64,000 nt of DNA from Spirochaetota bacterium (GCA_016934735.1 JAFGSG010000055.1:2111-66110), one strand, 5' to 3'; positions 38,695-49,810 are shown, numbered from the stretch's first letter. A program made the numbers and translations. Notes: generated by a model from the letters alone, not told the origin.

Positions 38695-40079
38695 TAAATG
38701 AATTTAATACAGCGTTGTGGCAAGTAGCCGAATGGACAGGCGGTGTTCTTTTATGCGGTAGCCGCAATAAAGAGATTCATTCGATAACTACGGACTCGCG
38801 GGAGCTTGGTAAAGACAGCTTGTTTGTACCGATTGTCGGAGAAAGATTCGATGGGCATCAGTTTATTGATGGACTGGTCAGGAGCGGAGGCATAACGGCA
38901 TTTCTTACGATGAATGATAAGCATGATAAGATTGCCCGTGCGTATGGCGCGGGTGCTGTTTTATGCGACGATACATTGAAAGCATACGGGCGCATAGCAT
39001 CGCGTCACAGGTTATCGGTGAACGTAAAGGTGGTAGGGATCACCGGGACTAACGGGAAGACCACAACAAAAGAACTGCTGTGGGCAATTCTCAGCAGAAA
39101 ATATTCAGCTTTAAGGAACGAAAAAAATTACAATAACGAGATCGGTGTTCCTTACACCCTTCTCGGATTAAAGGAAGGGCACAAGTGGGCTGTAATAGAA
39201 ATGGGGATGAATCACGAAGGGGAGATCGCCAGGCTTTCGGAGATAGCTAAGCCGGACATGGCTGTTATAACAAACGTTGGTGAAGGCCATCTTGAATTTC
39301 TTGGAACCGTTGAGAACGTAGCTAATGCAAAATCGGAGATCATGAACAGCATGAAGCCCGGATCGCTTATCGTTCTGAACCGCGATTCTCAATGTTTTGA
39401 TATTCTCAGAAAGAAAACTTCCGAAGCGGGCCTAAAAGTAAAGACATTCGGATTATCCGATAGCGCTGACGTGAAACCGGATTCTTACAGTCTTTCATCG
39501 GATTTCATCTGGTATAATTATAATAATAAGGAGTTTACAGTATCGCTGTATGGCATTCATAACATATACAACGCACTTGCCGCAATGGCAGCCGCACTTG
39601 AACTGGGCGTTGAGGCAAATATCATACAGGAAGCTTTTAAAGAATTTAAAAATATTGACATGAGAAGCCAGGTTGTCTATCGGGACTATACCGTTATAAA
39701 CGATACATATAATTCAAATCCGCTCTCAGCAGGATACGCGCTTAAGTCTCTTATTGAAATTTTCTCAGGTAAAAGAAAGATTGCGGTTCTTTCGGATATG
39801 AAGGAACTCGGCGGTTCTTCGGAAAACTATCACAGGGAGTTGGGAAACCTTGCGGTCTCATTGGGCATTGACGTGCTTTTAACATGGGGAGAGATGGCCG
39901 AGAACATTGCTCTCGGGGCAAAAGAAGGCGGAATGAAAAACGGAGATGCCCTGCATTTTAAAACAAAATCCGGCTTGATCGATCATGCGAGAAAAATTTT
40001 ACGCCCCGATGATGTAATTCTTGTGAAAGGGTCAAGATCTATGAAAATGGAGGAGATAGTGGAAGCGATAATCCACTGA
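38691..40079 (+). CDS. murF: UDP-N-acetylmuramoyl-tripeptide--D-alanyl-D-alanine ligase
   Basis: GITGTNGKTTTKE Mur ligase motif; synteny. Confidence 0.9.
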   Translation: MINEFNTALWQVAEWTGGVLLCGSRNKEIHSITTDSRELGKDSLFVPIVGERFDGHQFIDGLVRSGGITAFLTMNDKHDKIARAYGAGAVLCDDTLKAYGRIASRHRLSVNVKVVGITGTNGKTTTKELLWAILSRKYSALRNEKNYNNEIGVPYTLLGLKEGHKWAVIEMGMNHEGEIARLSEIAKPDMAVITNVGEGHLEFLGTVENVANAKSEIMNSMKPGSLIVLNRDSQCFDILRKKTSEAGLKVKTFGLSDSADVKPDSYSLSSDFIWYNYNNKEFTVSLYGIHNIYNALAAMAAALELGVEANIIQEAFKEFKNIDMRSQVVYRDYTVINDTYNSNPLSAGYALKSLIEIFSGKRKIAVLSDMKELGGSSENYHRELGNLAVSLGIDVLLTWGEMAENIALGAKEGGMKNGDALHFKTKSGLIDHARKILRPDDVILVKGSRSMKMEEIVEAIIH

Positions 40080-40084
40080 AATTT

Positions 40085-41170
40085 ATGCTATATCATTTTA
40101 TTGCGCCGTTAAGCGAATATGTTTCATTTTTAAGATTGTTCCAGTACATCACTTTCAGATCCATGTACGCGGCTATTACTGCTCTTGTGCTTGTTTTATT
40201 ATTAGGCAATATGGCAATAAAACGGCTCAGGGCTTTAAAGTTCAAGGAAGAAATTTATGCACTTGGCCCGCAGACACATAAAACAAAAGCAGGTACTCCT
40301 ACAATGGGCGGTGTTGTAATTCTGGGAGCTGTTCTTGTATCCATTTTGTTCTGGGGAAATTTTAAAAATCATTATCTGGTGATTCTTATTTGCGCAATGA
40401 TTCTTCTCGGCATTCTCGGATTTATTGATGATTATATGAAGTCGGTTCTTAAAAGAAAGAACGGGATGCCTGCAAAGATGAAGTTTACTCTCCAAATAAT
40501 CATTGCCGTTGTAGTTTCTGTTTTAATTTATTTTTTTCCATCGAGCGAGCAGTATTCAACAAAACTTTTTGTACCGTTTTTTAATAGACCTGTAGCGGAT
40601 CTCGCACTTTTCTGGATCGTATTCTCGACTTTCGTAATTGTTGCAAGCACAAATGCTGTTAATCTTACAGACGGGCTTGACGGGCTTGCTATCGGATCGA
40701 TAATGATTGCCGCTGTTAGTATTGCGATTATGACTTATCTGACAGGGAATATAAAAATTGCAAATTATTTAAGGATTCCATATGTGCCTGCGGGTGCCGA
40801 ATTGACGGTTTTTGTGTCTGCAATTATAGGCGCTGCAATCGGATTTCTGTGGTTTAACAGCAATCCTGCATCGGTGTTTATGGGCGATACAGGTTCGCTC
40901 GCTCTCGGGGGAGTTATTGGTATTATAGCTGTGATGATCAAGAAAGAGATATTTTTATTTATCGTCGGAGGGGTCTGGGTAATGGAAACTATCTCGGTCA
41001 TTATTCAGGTAATGTATTTTAAGTTTACCAGGAAAAGAATTTTTAAAATGGCTCCGCTGCATCATCATTTTGAGCTTGAGGGCTGGCCTGAACAGAAAGT
41101 CGTTGTAAGGATGTGGATACTCGGAATTATTTTTATGATACTGGGTTTAAGTTCGCTGAAGATATTGTAA
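40085..41170 (+). CDS. mraY: Phospho-N-acetylmuramoyl-pentapeptide transferase
   Basis: NAVNLTDGLDGLA and MGDTGSLALGG motifs, 10 TM helices. Confidence 0.95.
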   Translation: MLYHFIAPLSEYVSFLRLFQYITFRSMYAAITALVLVLLLGNMAIKRLRALKFKEEIYALGPQTHKTKAGTPTMGGVVILGAVLVSILFWGNFKNHYLVILICAMILLGILGFIDDYMKSVLKRKNGMPAKMKFTLQIIIAVVVSVLIYFFPSSEQYSTKLFVPFFNRPVADLALFWIVFSTFVIVASTNAVNLTDGLDGLAIGSIMIAAVSIAIMTYLTGNIKIANYLRIPYVPAGAELTVFVSAIIGAAIGFLWFNSNPASVFMGDTGSLALGGVIGIIAVMIKKEIFLFIVGGVWVMETISVIIQVMYFKFTRKRIFKMAPLHHHFELEGWPEQKVVVRMWILGIIFMILGLSSLKIL

Positions 41171-41262
41171 CCTCACCGCAATCCCTACACCGGCAGGAGA
41201 GGGGCGGATGAGGTTAGAGATTTCATAACTATAAAGATTTTCAATTTATAAAGGTAGTATTT

Positions 41263-42633
41263 GTGTTAGAATTATCTAAAAACAGTAAAATACTTGTCGT
41301 AGGCCTTGGGAAAAGGTCCGGCCTTGCAGTGTGCAATTTTCTTTCGAAGAAGGGATATAAGGTGTATGCTTCGGATTCGAAGTCTGATGAAAAATTGAAG
41401 GATATTATCAAACAGCTGACAGGCGATGTTAAAGTCTTTGCCGGCAATCAGGACCCGTCAATATTGAGGGAAGGCTTTGATATGGTTGTGCTAAGCCCGG
41501 GGGTGCCGAAAAGCATTCCTTTAATAAAAGCAGCTTATGAAAAAAATATACCGGTTATTGCCGAGGTTGAGCTTGCATACAGATTTATGAAAGGCTTCAT
41601 GGTTGCTATTACGGGCACTGACGGCAAATCCACGACAACGAGCCTTGTCGGACATATTCTGAGCGAACTTGGTATTAAGACATTCACTGGCGGGAATCTT
41701 GGGATTCCGTTTATTACGTTTACAGAGGAAACCGACGAACATTCCGTATCTGTATTAGAGCTCTCTTCTTTCCAGCTCGAAACCATTGATAAACTCAAAC
41801 CGGATGTATCCGCTGTCCTTAATGTAACTCCGGATCATCTTGATCGGTATGATGACATGAGAGATTATCTTCGAGCTAAATTAAGAATAGCAATGAATCA
41901 GGCTCCGAATGATTTTTATATTTACAGAAAAGATGATAAAATGCTCACTCAAAACCTGAATGATATTAAGGCTAAAAAATTTTCCTTTTCCATGAAACGG
42001 GATTCTGATGCATTCTATCAGGATGGTTCAATTTTTATCAGATATGATGGCAGTGAAACAGAAGTGCTGGATACCTCCGAAATGCAGATTTTAGGCATGC
42101 ATAATATTGAAAATACAATGGCAGCTTTGCTTATAATTTTTGCGGTTTTCAAGAAAAACGGTATGTCTGTTGACTGGAAGCGAATTACAGAAGCTTGTCT
42201 TTCGTTTAAAGGCCTGGCGCACAGAATGGAAATGATTGGAACGTTTAACGGACGGACTTTTATAAATGATTCAAAAGCGACTACCGTAAGTGCAGTTGAA
42301 ATGGCGCTTAATAGTGTTCCTTACGGCAGTATTCTGATAATGGGCGGAAGGACAAAAGGTGATGATTATTCCCGCTTAACGCGTGCGATTAAAGAAAAAA
42401 TTAAACATTTAATCCTGATCGGGGAATCAGCGAATGATTTTAAGAAATATTATAAGAATGTGCCAAGCGAGGTTGCAAAATCAATGGATGATGCTGTACG
42501 AAAAGCGGTAAAAGCCAGCTCAATAGATGATGTAATTCTGTTGTCACCGGCGTGCGCGTCATTCGATATGTTTGCCAACTTTGAAGAAAGGGGCGAAAGG
42601 TTCAAAGAGGCGGTTTTAAAACTAGTTAAATAG
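41263..42633 (+). CDS. murD: UDP-N-acetylmuramoylalanine--D-glutamate ligase (GTG start)
   Basis: ITGTDGKSTTT, synteny, AAGGTAG RBS. Confidence 0.9.
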   Translation: MLELSKNSKILVVGLGKRSGLAVCNFLSKKGYKVYASDSKSDEKLKDIIKQLTGDVKVFAGNQDPSILREGFDMVVLSPGVPKSIPLIKAAYEKNIPVIAEVELAYRFMKGFMVAITGTDGKSTTTSLVGHILSELGIKTFTGGNLGIPFITFTEETDEHSVSVLELSSFQLETIDKLKPDVSAVLNVTPDHLDRYDDMRDYLRAKLRIAMNQAPNDFYIYRKDDKMLTQNLNDIKAKKFSFSMKRDSDAFYQDGSIFIRYDGSETEVLDTSEMQILGMHNIENTMAALLIIFAVFKKNGMSVDWKRITEACLSFKGLAHRMEMIGTFNGRTFINDSKATTVSAVEMALNSVPYGSILIMGGRTKGDDYSRLTRAIKEKIKHLILIGESANDFKKYYKNVPSEVAKSMDDAVRKAVKASSIDDVILLSPACASFDMFANFEERGERFKEAVLKLVK

Positions 42634-42688
42634 TTTTTATTCCCTTCTCCTGCAGGGAGGAACTGAACAAGGGAGTAAGAAAGTATGC

Positions 42689-43870
42689 TTGAAAAGGAGA
42701 GCAATTTTGGATTTTAAATATCAATCAAATAATAAAAATGGCGAGATTGATACAATTCTATTCATTACAATATTTATTTTAGCAGGTATTGGCATAGCTA
42801 TGATTTACAGCGCGAGTGCAGTCTATGCATTGAATACATTCGGGGATTCATTTTATTTTTTTAAAAGACAGGTCGCGTGGGTATGCATTGGATTTGCCGC
42901 GCTCTTTATTTTTCAAAATATAGATTATCATATTTATACTAAATATACAAAGATAATGCTTTTAGTATCTTTTTTATTGCTTGTACTTTTGCTTATACCG
43001 GGTATAGGCCATGGGACAAAGGGATCTGTGAGATGGTTCAGGATCGGAGAAATTACTATCCAGCCGTCTGAGTTTGTAAAAGTTTTTATGGTGCTTTATC
43101 TCGTAAAGGTATTTGCATCCGGCAGCGGCGAGAAAATAAACAGGATTCTACAGCTATTGATACCGATGATAGTTGTATTTGCCATTTTTTTGCTGATCAT
43201 GCTTCAGCCGGATTTCGGCACAGCAATAGATTTACTGCTGGTTTTCGGAGTGATTCTTTTTGTTTTCGGATTCCCTTTCTTTTCGATTCTTTATCTTTCG
43301 TTAATTAGCGTACCGATGTTTTATCTGCTTATTTATCAGGTACAGTACAGAAAAGAAAGAATACTCGCGTATCTTGATCCATGGAAAGAACGCTTCGGGG
43401 CCGGTTATCATATAATTCAGTCATATATAGCTTTTAAGAAAGGCGGGCTGCTAGGAACCGGCCTGGGATTCGGGACTCAGAAAATTAAGAGGCTTCCGGA
43501 GCCGCACACGGATTTTATTTTTGCTGTAATTGCAGAGGAAAGCGGTTATCTCGGTACCGCACTCATACTTATTTTATATTGCGTTTTATTCTGGCGTGGA
43601 ATGATAATTTCTTTAAGCGCAAGGGATGAATTCGGTTCTCTTCTTGCCATCGGGCTGACAATACTGATTACTGTTCAGGCGTTTATGAATATTGGTGTTG
43701 TGTGCGGAATTCTACCGACTAAAGGCATACCTCTGCCGCTTGTGAGTTACGGAGGTTCATCTTTTTTATCATGCATGATCGCACTTGGTATTCTGCTCAA
43801 TATTTCTAAGCAGACAGACCAGTTACAGAGTACTTTCCGGTTAAGGGATGGTGAATTTATAAATGGATAA
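42689..43870 (+). CDS. ftsW: Peptidoglycan glycosyltransferase FtsW (SEDS family)
   Basis: SEDS TM topology, QPSEF motif, synteny. Confidence 0.85.
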   Translation: MKRRAILDFKYQSNNKNGEIDTILFITIFILAGIGIAMIYSASAVYALNTFGDSFYFFKRQVAWVCIGFAALFIFQNIDYHIYTKYTKIMLLVSFLLLVLLLIPGIGHGTKGSVRWFRIGEITIQPSEFVKVFMVLYLVKVFASGSGEKINRILQLLIPMIVVFAIFLLIMLQPDFGTAIDLLLVFGVILFVFGFPFFSILYLSLISVPMFYLLIYQVQYRKERILAYLDPWKERFGAGYHIIQSYIAFKKGGLLGTGLGFGTQKIKRLPEPHTDFIFAVIAEESGYLGTALILILYCVLFWRGMIISLSARDEFGSLLAIGLTILITVQAFMNIGVVCGILPTKGIPLPLVSYGGSSFLSCMIALGILLNISKQTDQLQSTFRLRDGEFING

Positions 43871-44981
43871 TTTTTCAGTATTAATAACAGGCGGCGGGAC
43901 AGGAGGCCATATATTTCCGGGAATATCATTATATGAGGAATTCAAATTAAGAAAAATACAGGTATCATTGTTAGTAGGGAAAAAAGACATTAACTTTTCC
44001 CCGCTTTCAAAAATTAATAAAAATGATCTTCATGTTTACGGCGCTCCGGTTTTCACAATTAATATTTTTAAAATGCCGTTTTTCATGATTAATTTTTTAA
44101 AAGCGGTATTTAAGGCGGCAATGTTATTTAAAAGATTAAAGATTGATTCAGTAATCGGCATGGGCGGATATGTTTCCGCGCCTGCGCTTGCAGCAGCTGG
44201 AATTCTTAAGATACCGGTATTCCTGTGTGAGCAGAATAGCGTCCCCGGGAAAGTGACTCTGTTTTTTGCAGGAAAAGCAAAAAAAATTTTTACAAGTTTT
44301 AATATAACAAAGGTTTATTTTAAAGATGCTTTGAAATCCAAAGTGACTCATGCCGGTAATCCGATAAGAAAAGTAATATTGACAAAAGCCGGAAAGGAAG
44401 AGGCAAAGAAGTATTTCCATTTAGGTCATTGTAAAAATATTATTCTTGTTATCGGAGGCAGCCAGGGCGCTCTTCAGATAAATGAGCTTTTTCTTGAAAT
44501 TAAAAAGATGTACTCTAATGAATTGAAAGATACCGGAGTGATCTGGATCACGGGAGAATATTCTTATAAAAAATTTAAAGATGAATTAGGCAAGCTGGGA
44601 ACAGACGGCTCTGTTTATTTATCTCCTTTTATTGATGATATAGGTCGGGCATACAAGGCAAGCACTTTGGCGATAAGCAGGTCCGGTGCCGGCGGTGTGC
44701 TTGAATTTGCGTCAGTTGGTTTGCCGTCGGTATTGATCCCGTATCCGTATGCTGCGGATAATCATCAGGAGAAAAACGCCGATGCTTTTGAACTTGCCGG
44801 TGCTTCGGTGAAGATTCGTAAAGACGAAGCTGAGCCTGAGAAGCTTGGGGAAATTATCATTGATCTTCTCAGCAATGTGAACCAGCTTTCCCGGATGGCT
44901 GAGAAAGCAAAATCACTCGCAAAAATCAATGCGGCAAGGGATATTGTTGAGGCAGTTGCAAGGGAAATGAAAGAAAAATAA
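43863..44981 (+). CDS. murG: UDP-N-acetylglucosamine--N-acetylmuramyl-(pentapeptide) pyrophosphoryl-undecaprenol GlcNAc transferase
   Basis: ITGGGTGGHIFP N-terminal motif, C-terminal GAGGVLE. Confidence 0.9.
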   Translation: MDNFSVLITGGGTGGHIFPGISLYEEFKLRKIQVSLLVGKKDINFSPLSKINKNDLHVYGAPVFTINIFKMPFFMINFLKAVFKAAMLFKRLKIDSVIGMGGYVSAPALAAAGILKIPVFLCEQNSVPGKVTLFFAGKAKKIFTSFNITKVYFKDALKSKVTHAGNPIRKVILTKAGKEEAKKYFHLGHCKNIILVIGGSQGALQINELFLEIKKMYSNELKDTGVIWITGEYSYKKFKDELGKLGTDGSVYLSPFIDDIGRAYKASTLAISRSGAGGVLEFASVGLPSVLIPYPYAADNHQEKNADAFELAGASVKIRKDEAEPEKLGEIIIDLLSNVNQLSRMAEKAKSLAKINAARDIVEAVAREMKEK

Positions 44982-46367
44982 TTGTTTCAGGAGTTGGATT
45001 TGTTTAGGAAATCTGATAAAATGCACTTTCTGGGTATAGGCGGGATCGGCATGAGCGGAATTGCCGAGATACTAATAAATCTGGGCTATAAGGTTTCCGG
45101 GTCGGACATTAAAGAATCATACATAACAAAGAGACTCGCTTCGCTCGGTGCAAAGATATTTATAGGCCATAATCCTTCTAATATAAATGATTACAATGTT
45201 GTTGTAACATCGAGCGCAATAAATCCGGCAAATCCGGAGATTATGGAAGCGAAGAAAAGACGAATACCGATAATACACAGATCGGAAATGCTTGCGGAAC
45301 TTGTGAGATTAAAGCACGGGATCGGGGTCGCGGGCACGCATGGAAAGACTACAACATCATCAATGCTTTCATTTATCCTTTATCGCGGAGGAATAAATCC
45401 TACCGCAATTATAGGCGGCAAGGTATTGAATTTTGATTCTAATGCCAGAGCCGGGCAGGGCGAGTATATTGTTTTCGAAGCCGATGAATCCGACGGATCT
45501 TTCCTGCGCCTTCTGCCTACTATTGCTGTTGTAACCAATATAGATGCGGATCACATGGACTATTATAAATATTTTGATGGCTTGAAAGATGCTTTTTTAA
45601 AATACATAAACAATATTCCGTTTTACGGATATTCCGTGTTATGCAGGGATGACAATGTTGTGGCTGAACTGCTTCCGAAGGTTGAAAGGCCGTATGTAAC
45701 TTACGGATTTTCGGAGAATGCGGATTTTAGAGCCGGTAATATCAGGTGTTTTCCGGATATGACCGTCTATGATTGTTATTTTAAAAATGATCTGCTTGGG
45801 GAGATAGAGATAGGACTGCTCGGCAATCATAATGTCCTGAATTCACTTGCAGTGATTACTGTTGCTTTGGAACTTGGGCTTAATTTCGGTGTGATAAAGG
45901 ACGGACTGAAGGAGTTCAAGGGAGTAGGCAGGAGGATTGAAAGGATAGGCGAAGAGAAAGGCATAATCATAATTGATGATTACGGTCATCATCCGACTGA
46001 AATAAAGGCGACCTTGCAGGCAATAAAAAACATGGGCAGAAGAATGATCGTGCTGTTCCAGCCGCACAGGTATACGAGAACTCAACTGTTATGGGACGAT
46101 TTCGGCACAGCATTCGGCAATGCGGATATTGTTATGCTGACTGAAATATATCCGGCGGGAGAAGAACCTATCGAAGGTGTTTCATCAAAACTGATCAAGG
46201 ACTCAATCGAGAAGCACGACGGTAAAAGAGTTGAGATAATAGCGGGGATTGATAAGATCCCGGATTTGATTTTAAAGATCGCCAGAAAAGGAGATATCGT
46301 CCTTACTCTCGGCGCAGGCGATATTTTCAAAGCAGGCCCGATGATACTAGAAGCACTGAGAAAGTGA
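44982..46367 (+). CDS. murC: UDP-N-acetylmuramate--L-alanine ligase
   Basis: HFLGIGGIGMSGIA, GVAGTHGKTTTS. Confidence 0.9.
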   Translation: MFQELDLFRKSDKMHFLGIGGIGMSGIAEILINLGYKVSGSDIKESYITKRLASLGAKIFIGHNPSNINDYNVVVTSSAINPANPEIMEAKKRRIPIIHRSEMLAELVRLKHGIGVAGTHGKTTTSSMLSFILYRGGINPTAIIGGKVLNFDSNARAGQGEYIVFEADESDGSFLRLLPTIAVVTNIDADHMDYYKYFDGLKDAFLKYINNIPFYGYSVLCRDDNVVAELLPKVERPYVTYGFSENADFRAGNIRCFPDMTVYDCYFKNDLLGEIEIGLLGNHNVLNSLAVITVALELGLNFGVIKDGLKEFKGVGRRIERIGEEKGIIIIDDYGHHPTEIKATLQAIKNMGRRMIVLFQPHRYTRTQLLWDDFGTAFGNADIVMLTEIYPAGEEPIEGVSSKLIKDSIEKHDGKRVEIIAGIDKIPDLILKIARKGDIVLTLGAGDIFKAGPMILEALRK

Positions 46368-46398
46368 AGTTTTATTATTATCCTGATATTGGTTTAAA

Positions 46399-47088
46399 AT
46401 GAGAAAAATTTATTACATAATAATTTTACTTGCGTTATCTATCTCGACAGCATACGCAGGGAAAGATTTTAAAATATATAAATCAATTGAATTTAAAGAT
46501 CTTAATTATCTTTCTAAATATGAAATTATTGATTTAACGGATTTTACTGTTAAAGAAAAAAAAATAATAATTGATATCAATTCGCTTATAAGAGTTTTAA
46601 ACGATTTGCCTATGGTAAAGTCGTTTAAATTAACTGAAATAGATCAAAGCCTTTTAGTAACTATTGTTGAAAATCAGCCGGTGTTTCCGCTTTGTGTCAG
46701 AGAAGGCGGCAATAACCTGCTTATTGAGCTGGATAAAGATTATAATTTAATTTCCGTTGGCAGGATTCATGCGATAAATATGCCGATAATTATTATATCG
46801 CAAGAGGAAATGAGAAACAGGATACTATCCGCAGGATTAAAAAAGTTTCTGGGTTTATTATCTGATTTAAACAAGGACGGTTTAAGAGTAATAAGAGAGA
46901 TCAGAGAGATTGATTATATAAATAATTTAAATATAAATATTCTGCTAAAAGGCAGGAGGACTGTTTTTAATATTAAGCCGGATACGGACAGCTTTAATAA
47001 ATTAAATTACGCAGCCGGTTATTTTGACAGGATAAAATATTATCCTCACACTTTTACTATACTAAACGATTCTGGTATATTAAAGTGA
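46399..47088 (+). CDS. ftsQ: Cell division protein FtsQ/DivIB-like (short form)
   Basis: N-terminal TM, POTRA-like region, position before ftsA. Confidence 0.55.
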   Translation: MRKIYYIIILLALSISTAYAGKDFKIYKSIEFKDLNYLSKYEIIDLTDFTVKEKKIIIDINSLIRVLNDLPMVKSFKLTEIDQSLLVTIVENQPVFPLCVREGGNNLLIELDKDYNLISVGRIHAINMPIIIISQEEMRNRILSAGLKKFLGLLSDLNKDGLRVIREIREIDYINNLNINILLKGRRTVFNIKPDTDSFNKLNYAAGYFDRIKYYPHTFTILNDSGILK

Positions 47089-47107
47089 AAATTAGAGGAG
47101 AATCTTT

Positions 47108-48340
47108 ATGGACGATGTAGCAGTTGGTCTTGACATAGGCACGACAAAGACTTGTGCGGTAATCGGCTTCATGAATGAGAATAACCAGGTCGAGATTGCC
47201 GGAGTAGGAGTATCTCCTTCAAAAGGACTAAAGAACGGCGTTGTTGTAAATATAGATAATACTTCGTCTTCGATTATTAAGGCAGTTGAAGAAGCTGAAT
47301 TAATGGCAGGATGTGAAATTTCCGAAGTGTATGCGGGTATTACAGGCCAGCATCTGAAGGGAGAAAACTCAAGAGGGGTAGTCGCTATCTCGAACCGCAG
47401 CAGAACTATTACGCCTGCGGAGGTAAGAAGAGTAATTGACGCTGCACAGGCGGTTGTGGTGCCGGCTGACAGGGAAATTCTTCATGTGCTTTCAAAAGAA
47501 TTTTCTGTTGATGATCAGACAGGCATTAAAGATCCTATAGGGATGAACGGAGTAAGGCTGGAAGCGGAAGTGCATATTATTACTGCAGCGACTAGCAACA
47601 TTCAAAACCTTATCAAATCAATCGCGAAATCAGGTTTCCACTGCACGGATGTAATAGCATCGCCGCTCGCATGTTCTGAATCGGTCCTGAATCAGGATGA
47701 AAAAGAGCTCGGAGTTGTACTTATCGATATAGGAGGCGGTACAACGGATATAATTGTGTATTTTGAAGGCGGAGTTGCTTACTCTACCTCGCTGGCAATC
47801 GGAGGAATACATGTAACAAACGATATATCCATAGGCCTTAGAACACCTCTTGAATCAGCAGAGATGATAAAAAAGAAAGACGGATGTGCTGCGGCCGATA
47901 TTGTAGATCCTTCAGTATCGATCGAAGTTCCTTCTGTAGGCGGAAGAGCGCCGCGAAGAATATTTAAGCAGGAACTGGCGCATATAATAGAGCCGAGAAT
48001 GATGGAGATCATGGAAATGGTCGACCGCGAGCTATTAAAGAGCGGCAAAAAAGACGTGCTTGCCGCCGGTGTTGTTCTCACCGGAGGCGGTAGTATAATA
48101 GAAGGCTGTATTGAAGCTGCTGAGAGAGTTTTTAATATGCCTGTAAGAATAGGCGTCAGTAAAGCTTCTGCCGGTTTAAAGGAAGTTGTTGCTACTCCGC
48201 AATATACCAGCGGAGTAGGTTTATTGATGTATGGATTAAAAATGCGGGAATTTCAGAAGGGCAGGGTAAAAGCCGGAAGGGAAAGCAGTATATCCGGTAT
48301 TGGAAAAAAATTAAAAAGATGGTTTGAGGAATATCTGTAA
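47108..48340 (+). CDS. ftsA: Cell division protein FtsA
   Basis: Actin-like ATPase motifs VGLDIGTTKT, DIGGGTTD. Confidence 0.9.
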   Translation: MDDVAVGLDIGTTKTCAVIGFMNENNQVEIAGVGVSPSKGLKNGVVVNIDNTSSSIIKAVEEAELMAGCEISEVYAGITGQHLKGENSRGVVAISNRSRTITPAEVRRVIDAAQAVVVPADREILHVLSKEFSVDDQTGIKDPIGMNGVRLEAEVHIITAATSNIQNLIKSIAKSGFHCTDVIASPLACSESVLNQDEKELGVVLIDIGGGTTDIIVYFEGGVAYSTSLAIGGIHVTNDISIGLRTPLESAEMIKKKDGCAAADIVDPSVSIEVPSVGGRAPRRIFKQELAHIIEPRMMEIMEMVDRELLKSGKKDVLAAGVVLTGGGSIIEGCIEAAERVFNMPVRIGVSKASAGLKEVVATPQYTSGVGLLMYGLKMREFQKGRVKAGRESSISGIGKKLKRWFEEYL

Positions 48341-48590
48341 ATACCTCAAATCCCTTTTCCCGATAAGAGAGAAGGGGGAAAATTTACCCACTCGCCCTGC
48401 GGGAGAAGGGACAGGGAGGGTAAAGTTAGAATGTGGTCTCATTTCTTTAAAATTATAAGATTAGAATCAGGCCTTATGAGACATAATAGTTAAACTTGTT
48501 TTTTACAGTCTTTTTATTTTAGTTTTATATGCTTTAAGTTTTTTACAAGAGTTCGGCAGAAATAAAAAATATTAAACACAGGGGGCAGTT

Positions 48591-49772
48591 ATGTTTAGAT
48601 TAGAAGAAGAAAAAGAGTTAACAACAACAATTAAAGTAATAGGTGTCGGAGGTGCAGGGAATAATGCGGTTAATAGAATGATATCCACAGGAATGGAGGG
48701 TGTGGATTTTATTGTTGTAAATACTGACGCCCAGCAGCTTAAGGATTCGCTTGCACCCGTAAAAATTCAGATAGGCAATAAATTGACAAGAGGCCTGGGT
48801 GCGGGTGCGGATCCACAGGTTGGTAAAGACGCAGCAAACGAGGACAGAGATAAAATCCAAAAAGCCCTGAAGGGAGCTGATATGGTATTTGTTACAGCAG
48901 GCATGGGCGGCGGAACAGGAACAGGTGCTGCACCTGTAGTTGCGGAAGTTGCCAAAGAAAATAATTCTCTGGTTGTCGGCGTTGTAACAAAACCGTTCAG
49001 GGTTGAAGGAAAAAAAAGAATGGATAGAGCCATGGAAGGCATTAGTAACCTCAAGTCAAAAGTTGACACCCTGATTACAATTCCAAACGATCTGCTCCTT
49101 AAAATAATAGACCGGAAGACACCGATAGAGGAAGCTTTCAAATTAGCGGATGATATTTTAAGACAGGGTGTACAGGGCATAGCGGATCTTATTATGGTGA
49201 CCGGCATTGTTAATGTGGATTTTGCCGATGTAAGAACTGTAATGAAAGAGACTGGCGACGCACTTATGGGCGTCGGGATCGGTTCAGGGGAAAACAAGGC
49301 GATCGAAGCAACACAGATGGCCATAAACAGCCCGCTTCTCGAAGAAATAAGCATTGAAGGCGCAAAGGCTGTTTTAATTAACATAGCCGGCGGGAACGAT
49401 CTCTCTCTGCATGAAGTGAATGAGGTAACGGACATTATTACCCGACAGGTTGACACCGAAGCTAACATTATATTCGGAACAACTATTGACGCGGCTCTTG
49501 ATGACAGAATGCGTGTAACAGTCATCGCGACCGGATTCGATAAAAAGAGAAATCTTCTGAATAAAAAACCGGTAAGGGAGATGGATACAAAAACAGGCAC
49601 TTCTTTGACGCTAATAGAAGGCAGAGACTCTGGCAGAGATGAGGGAATGGAAAAACGTATTCCGGGAATGCATACATTTTCTTTGGACTATGAAAAAAAG
49701 AGAGCCAAGGATTATAATTTGGAAGATCTTGAGATACCTGCTTTTTTACGCCGCAGCGGGGAAGCACACTGA
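48591..49772 (+). CDS. ftsZ: Cell division GTPase FtsZ
   Basis: [13 protein letters not shown] tubulin signature, NTDAQQL. Confidence 0.95.
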   Translation: MFRLEEEKELTTTIKVIGVGGAGNNAVNRMISTGMEGVDFIVVNTDAQQLKDSLAPVKIQIGNKLTRGLGAGADPQVGKDAANEDRDKIQKALKGADMVFVTAGMGGGTGTGAAPVVAEVAKENNSLVVGVVTKPFRVEGKKRMDRAMEGISNLKSKVDTLITIPNDLLLKIIDRKTPIEEAFKLADDILRQGVQGIADLIMVTGIVNVDFADVRTVMKETGDALMGVGIGSGENKAIEATQMAINSPLLEEISIEGAKAVLINIAGGNDLSLHEVNEVTDIITRQVDTEANIIFGTTIDAALDDRMRVTVIATGFDKKRNLLNKKPVREMDTKTGTSLTLIEGRDSGRDEGMEKRIPGMHTFSLDYEKKRAKDYNLEDLEIPAFLRRSGEAH

Positions 49773-49810
49773 CCACTGAAATATTTTAGCAGGGAAGCAT
49801 TGCTAGTAAA

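Noticed and set aside
41171-41213. Intrinsic terminator between mraY and murD
   Set aside because: The hairpin is not followed by a T-tract and sits inside a co-transcribed operon; more likely a processing/stability element.
48767-49600. 277-aa minus-strand ORF and other long antisense ORFs (e.g. 1688-2287, 37146-37562, 10128-10454)
   Set aside because: Fully embedded antisense to confidently identified genes (ftsZ, ABC-F, murE, ptsN). Low-complexity translations typical of shadow ORFs.
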